Of a stretch of DNA of 20,000 bases, positions 16,464 to 20,000 are shown in pieces. How positions within the stretch are numbered: position 1 is the first letter of the stretch; each line of letters opens with the position of its first letter. A model generated the notes under the pieces. That model made no database searches. It saw only the letters and a list, made by a program, of their open reading frames with translations, and was not told the origin of the DNA. Origin of the DNA: an uncultured virus (IMG/VR IMGVR_UViG_3300042898_002817) (Duplodnaviria > Heunggongvirae > Uroviricota > Caudoviricetes); the IMG/VR virus record IMGVR_UViG_3300042898_002817. One strand, given 5' to 3'. The position numbers and the translations under genes are program-made.

Positions 16464-17387
16464 TTAAAATTTTACGGGTTGTCCCCAAGAATCATTTTCT
16501 AATTTAGGACCATACATGTTTTTATTGGCATTATCAATAACATAATCTCCTAGTTTACCAAGTGATCCAGTTGGCGCTGCCGTTGTTTGATGCACTTTAC
16601 TAGGCGCTTCTAAAATTGAAGATAATAGATCTCGTTGTTGACTTAATAGTTGTTCAATTGTGTCTGATCGAAAATCTAAGTCTTCTTCTGAAACATTGAC
16701 TTTTGTATAAAATTCTGTTTTTAACGCGTCACCGTAGCCAGCAACGTCGTCAATGCCATCTATTCGATCACCTAAACCATCATAACTATTATTGTTATTA
16801 TTGCTAGAATCACCATCACCACCGTCAGAATCGCCATTATCAGATACTGTAGGAATATCTAAAGGAGGCTCTTCATTGCCGCAGGCATTGCCAACAATAT
16901 CGGCAGCTGCAACTAGTTGCGGAATTAATGGAGCAAGTTTACCAGGTAGTGTTGCAGGTATTGCTGATAATGAATTTAATGATGTAATTGCATTAACTAG
17001 AACGGCATCTTGTATTAACATGAGTTGACTAGCTATAAATACCGGTGCTGTAATTGGATTTGATAATTGAGCAACCGTTAACGTTAGTTTAATGCCTTGC
17101 GCAACAGCTATTAAAGATTTAACTGTAGATACCGTTGTTTGTATCTTAGGTACTAGTTGTTGAATTGTTACAATTTGTTTTTGTATTTGTGCAATTTGAT
17201 CTTTAATTTGCTTGATACTAGGATCATTGCATTTTAAATTAGGCGGCAATTTTGTAGAATCATGTACTACTTTCATAACTTGATCTACTAACCGATCAAT
17301 TTGTTTATCAAATACACCAACAAATTTATTAACGCCTTTTGCGGGTAGTTTTGGAATCAAATCCAATGGTGGAACTATTGCACTCAT
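16464..17387 (-). CDS. hypothetical baseplate-region protein (helical/hydrophobic N-part, acidic linker, fibre-type C-terminal motif)
   Basis: Coiled-coil IKQIKDQIAQIQKQI, long aliphatic stretch, D/G/N-rich linker, and C-terminal APTGSLGKLGDYVID...MYGPK...WG resembling a short repeat seen in phage fibre/collagen-like proteins. Confidence 0.65.
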   Translation of the reverse strand: MSAIVPPLDLIPKLPAKGVNKFVGVFDKQIDRLVDQVMKVVHDSTKLPPNLKCNDPSIKQIKDQIAQIQKQIVTIQQLVPKIQTTVSTVKSLIAVAQGIKLTLTVAQLSNPITAPVFIASQLMLIQDAVLVNAITSLNSLSAIPATLPGKLAPLIPQLVAAADIVGNACGNEEPPLDIPTVSDNGDSDGGDGDSSNNNNNSYDGLGDRIDGIDDVAGYGDALKTEFYTKVNVSEEDLDFRSDTIEQLLSQQRDLLSSILEAPSKVHQTTAAPTGSLGKLGDYVIDNANKNMYGPKLENDSWGQPVKF

Positions 17388-17396
17388 ATTTTGTCT

Positions 17397-18500
17397 TTAT
17401 TTATACGGGTTTTTTGTTATAAAATATTTTGAACTTAACAAAGTTTTTAATTGTTTTTGTGCTGCCGCGGCGCCTGTATAACTTGTGAATCCGCCTAACA
17501 TGGTACCACATTGAATAGGAGTACGTAGTTGATTAAGAATTTGTTGCAGCATTTTATATAATATGTCTCCATGAACTAGATTTGATGTAGCTGAATCATT
17601 TCCAATTTTAACTACACCGGTGGTATTTAAAATGATTCCGCGCGGCGAGTTTATAACAGCTAAATCTGTTTTTGCACTTAAAACAATGCGATCAGCAACA
17701 CCTATAAATTGAGATTGTTTAAATTCTGACTCATTTGGTAACATTGTTTTTAATGAATTTGGATTTTTTTTGGTACCAAATGATAATCGTTTAACGTTTT
17801 GAGTACTAGTTAAATATAAAGATGCATCGTCAGATTCAACGTTTTCAATTGAATATGTTTCAATTGGGTTTATGTTCATTAGTAAGTTAACAGCATCCGA
17901 TGATGATTGGGCTTGGGTACGTGGTCCAATTGGCCTTACTTGCGGTTTAGATCGTGTATTAGACAATATAATAATAGGATCACCATCTTTATTACTATTC
18001 CATGTAGATGCAACAGTATATTCGTCTTCATTTGTTTTGACCGAACTTCCTAATCTAATAGAATTACCCCAACGACCTTCAATTAAAAAGTCTCCTCTAA
18101 ATGGTTGTTTAGGAACAATTTCAGTTTTTAAAAAATTAGCATCTTCTATAAACGTTGATGAATTAACTGGAATAGATTGGTAATTGTGATTTGCATTAGA
18201 TATTGTACCAATACTTGGAAAATAATACCATTGGTGCGATCTAGTTGTCCTAGTTGTGTTATTATTATATCCTTTTACTATTAATACCGATTCTCCAATT
18301 ATTGGAATTTGTTTAATGTTAGCTGAAATTGGCTGCACATTTTTGATAAGAGTTTCTTGAGAACTTTCATAAACTAGTACAGAAATACAAAATAATTTAT
18401 TTTGTCTACCTAGTTGATCACCGGGCTTATATGTTAGATGGCCTGACTCTAATGGAACTACTTGTCCAATATAAAATTCTATATCTGTATTAATTGGCAT
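17397..18500 (-). CDS. baseplate hub/central spike protein (gp5/gpV-like; OB-fold plus beta-helix, no lysozyme domain evident)
   Basis: QIPIIGESVLIV (gp5/gpV OB-fold 'P.IGE.V.V'), GDFLIEGRWGNSIRLG, beta-repeat ADRIVLSAKTDLAVINSPRGIILNTTGVVKIG followed by LVHGDIL. Located upstream of gp25 and gp6. Confidence 0.7.
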   Translation of the reverse strand: MPINTDIEFYIGQVVPLESGHLTYKPGDQLGRQNKLFCISVLVYESSQETLIKNVQPISANIKQIPIIGESVLIVKGYNNNTTRTTRSHQWYYFPSIGTISNANHNYQSIPVNSSTFIEDANFLKTEIVPKQPFRGDFLIEGRWGNSIRLGSSVKTNEDEYTVASTWNSNKDGDPIIILSNTRSKPQVRPIGPRTQAQSSSDAVNLLMNINPIETYSIENVESDDASLYLTSTQNVKRLSFGTKKNPNSLKTMLPNESEFKQSQFIGVADRIVLSAKTDLAVINSPRGIILNTTGVVKIGNDSATSNLVHGDILYKMLQQILNQLRTPIQCGTMLGGFTSYTGAAAAQKQLKTLLSSKYFITKNPYK

Positions 18501-18501
18501 C

Positions 18502-18930
18502 TTAATCCTTGATGTTTATTTTAGATTTTGCTGCAGCAATTTGTTGATCTAATAATTTTTCTTCATGATCAATATTATCTAACTCATCTTGCAATTCTGA
18601 TGATAATGTTTGCTCAGCTACTTTGAGAAGCTGCTGCTTTTCATCGTCACTAAGTAATCCATCTGCTCCAGATATAGTTTGTTTGGTTGAAATATAACGT
18701 TGAACAATTGCTGTTAATTTAACTAGGTGGTCGTCATTTTTTACTGCAACATCTAAATATTCTTTAATTAGCGGAACAATAATTGTAGCATCTGACGCAT
18801 TTTTTATTAATGGTTGTAGTTGAGATATTAATTGATTGATTTGTCTATCTTTTTTTTTAGAATTATGATAAACATCAGACATTAAATCTGCAAAACTAGT
18901 ACCTTTGAATAATTCATCATTTTTATCCAT
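18502..18930 (-). CDS. hypothetical alpha-helical protein (142 aa)
   Basis: Preceded by ATATTTATATTAAA; 1-nt gap to the spike gene; helical/coiled-coil composition. Confidence 0.75.
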   Translation of the reverse strand: MDKNDELFKGTSFADLMSDVYHNSKKKDRQINQLISQLQPLIKNASDATIIVPLIKEYLDVAVKNDDHLVKLTAIVQRYISTKQTISGADGLLSDDEKQQLLKVAEQTLSSELQDELDNIDHEEKLLDQQIAAAKSKINIKD

Positions 18931-18942
18931 TATGTAAACTTC

Positions 18943-18956
18943 TTTAATATAAATAT
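18943..18956 (-). promoter_or_regulatory. putative late promoter ATATTTATATTAAA
   Basis: Third exact copy of the 14-mer; overlaps the TGA stop of the sigma gene and lies within an imperfect hairpin (18933-18974). Confidence 0.65.
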
Positions 18957-19654
18957 CAAAAAGGCAAATTTACAAAGTTTGTATGTTCATATTCTTGAAA
19001 CTTGTTATTATATAATTGTTTTAAAACTTTAATAACACGAGTTATATTAGTTGTCTCGTAACCGGTACGTTCACGTATAAAAATATACAATGCTTTTTTA
19101 TTAAAATCGTCAATGTTTTCTCGGGTTTCAAATATATGAAGAACTGAGTCTGCAACATGTATATCTGTAGAGTTATGGAACAAATAATTTAAGTTGTTGT
19201 AACAATATTCTATATAGGCATCCATAAATTCACGTAACGTTTCAGCCATATCGGTATTATGGATTTCAGTTACAATGTTGCGTTGTTCATCAATGTTTAA
19301 TTCCAATGTATTTGATTTAAGTTTAGCATACGCTTTTTGATTTTCTGCAATCAAATAATTAAATGATGTTCTAGTATAATATGAATATGCCTTGCCAGCT
19401 TCTGGATTAAATTTATTTAATCGTTCAGTTAAATATGTAACCAAGTCAGTTTGCAAGTCTACAAAGGAAGAATCAATGTATGTGGGTTTAACAGTATTTA
19501 TTAAATTTTCTGCCATTTTAAGAAATGCAGGATATATAAATCGTTTATAGATGCGTTCGCGCTTTCTAGGAAACTCAGCTGATTGATTATATGCTGATAT
19601 AGCTATATCTGTTATTTTTGTAAAATAATTATTACTTTTCTTCTTCCGTGCCAT
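18956..19654 (-). CDS. gp55: phage RNA polymerase sigma factor, T4 gp55-like (late transcription)
   Basis: N-terminal NYF, FLKMAENL, and region-2-like RLNKFNPEAGKAYSYYTRTSFNYLI match the 'F(D/N)P..G.A.SY.T...(F)N' pattern of gp55/sigma70 region 2. Sits directly upstream of structural genes. Confidence 0.75.
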   Translation of the reverse strand: MARKKKSNNYFTKITDIAISAYNQSAEFPRKRERIYKRFIYPAFLKMAENLINTVKPTYIDSSFVDLQTDLVTYLTERLNKFNPEAGKAYSYYTRTSFNYLIAENQKAYAKLKSNTLELNIDEQRNIVTEIHNTDMAETLREFMDAYIEYCYNNLNYLFHNSTDIHVADSVLHIFETRENIDDFNKKALYIFIRERTGYETTNITRVIKVLKQLYNNKFQEYEHTNFVNLPF

Positions 19655-19943
19655 TGTCGTATTCTTGTTTTAATTTTGTTATAACATCATTCAATAATTG
19701 GAAGGTAGTTCCAGATTCGTCGTCTGACTCAAATGCTCCTAGTCGATCTATCTCTTTCATTTTATTGTAACAATCAACAATTGTTGTGTACATGTATTGA
19801 TTATTTTGTTCTAGACTAGTTATATACGTTAAATTTGATTCGTCTAGATCTTGATTGTCAGCCAATACTCCAGCTAAATACCAAACTCGATATGATAAAT
19901 ACGTAGTAGCTGCTGCTAATACTAATATTATTATTAATGTCAT
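19632..19943 (-). CDS. small membrane-anchored coiled-coil protein
   Basis: N-terminal hydrophobic helix MTLIIILVLAAATTYLSYRVWYL followed by a helical acidic region; overlaps the sigma gene start by 23 nt. Confidence 0.75.
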   Translation of the reverse strand: MTLIIILVLAAATTYLSYRVWYLAGVLADNQDLDESNLTYITSLEQNNQYMYTTIVDCYNKMKEIDRLGAFESDDESGTTFQLLNDVITKLKQEYDNGTEEEK

Positions 19944-19952
19944 AATGATTGT

Positions 19953-20000
19953 TTAATTAAATGTTTTGAATATATCGCTAATTGATTGTTCAACTTGTGG
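19953..20000 (-). CDS. C-terminal end of an upstream gene (partial)
   Basis: Minus frame reads PQVEQSISDIFKTFN* ending at TAA 19953-19955, 9 nt before the next ATG; too short to assign. Confidence 0.5.
   Translation of the reverse strand, partial: PQVEQSISDIFKTFN

Noticed and set aside
82..18183. Short plus-strand ORFs in the ORF track (e.g. 82-273, 1987-2244, 3340-3606, 6065-6352, 17872-18183)
   Set aside because: All are antisense shadows of longer minus-strand genes and have no recognisable motifs.
13637..18500. Extracellular contractile injection system / tailocin / T6SS interpretation of the baseplate genes
   Set aside because: The flanking primase, resolvase and gp55-like sigma, and the absence of host genes, indicate a phage genome.
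18502..18930. 142-aa helical protein as terminase small subunit
   Set aside because: Size and helicity fit, but no diagnostic motif or adjacent large terminase is visible; left as hypothetical.
1..20000. Stop-codon reassignment (alternative genetic code)
   Set aside because: Genes are long and tightly packed under the standard code. TAA and TGA both end genes at sensible junctions and no gene appears fragmented. No called gene ends in TAG, so TAG usage cannot be tested here.

Overview
AT-rich segment of a large contractile-tailed (myovirus, T4-superfamily-like) bacteriophage genome. All credible genes lie on the minus strand and are tightly packed, several with TAATG/ATGA stop-start overlaps. 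In transcription order (right to left): a small membrane protein; a gp55-like phage sigma factor; a baseplate/tail module (gp5/gpV-like spike, gp25, gp6/J wedge, DNRLRE-type protein, gp7/P2-I-like large wedge protein, three tail-collar-fibre-related proteins, one with a LamG domain); a minimal protein-kinase-fold gene; a 586-aa protein with a possible peptidoglycan-binding motif; a T7 endonuclease I-like resolvase; and the 5' part of a DNA primase missed by the ORF track. Most notable observations: (i) a recurrent upstream motif ATATTTAT(ATTAAA), the candidate late promoter of the encoded sigma factor, whose core is the reverse complement of the T4 late promoter; (ii) two of these motifs sit in RNA hairpins that would hide the downstream translation start; (iii) a kinase ending at its DFG-equivalent that shares an amphipathic 'xxQ(I/V)(I/L/V)xE' leader with neighbouring proteins, suggesting capsid-packaged, protease-matured effectors; (iv) an apparently split tail-collar-fibre domain; (v) a primase lacking most zinc ligands, behind twin sigma70-like promoters. 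All family calls come from motif recognition by eye; no database search was run.
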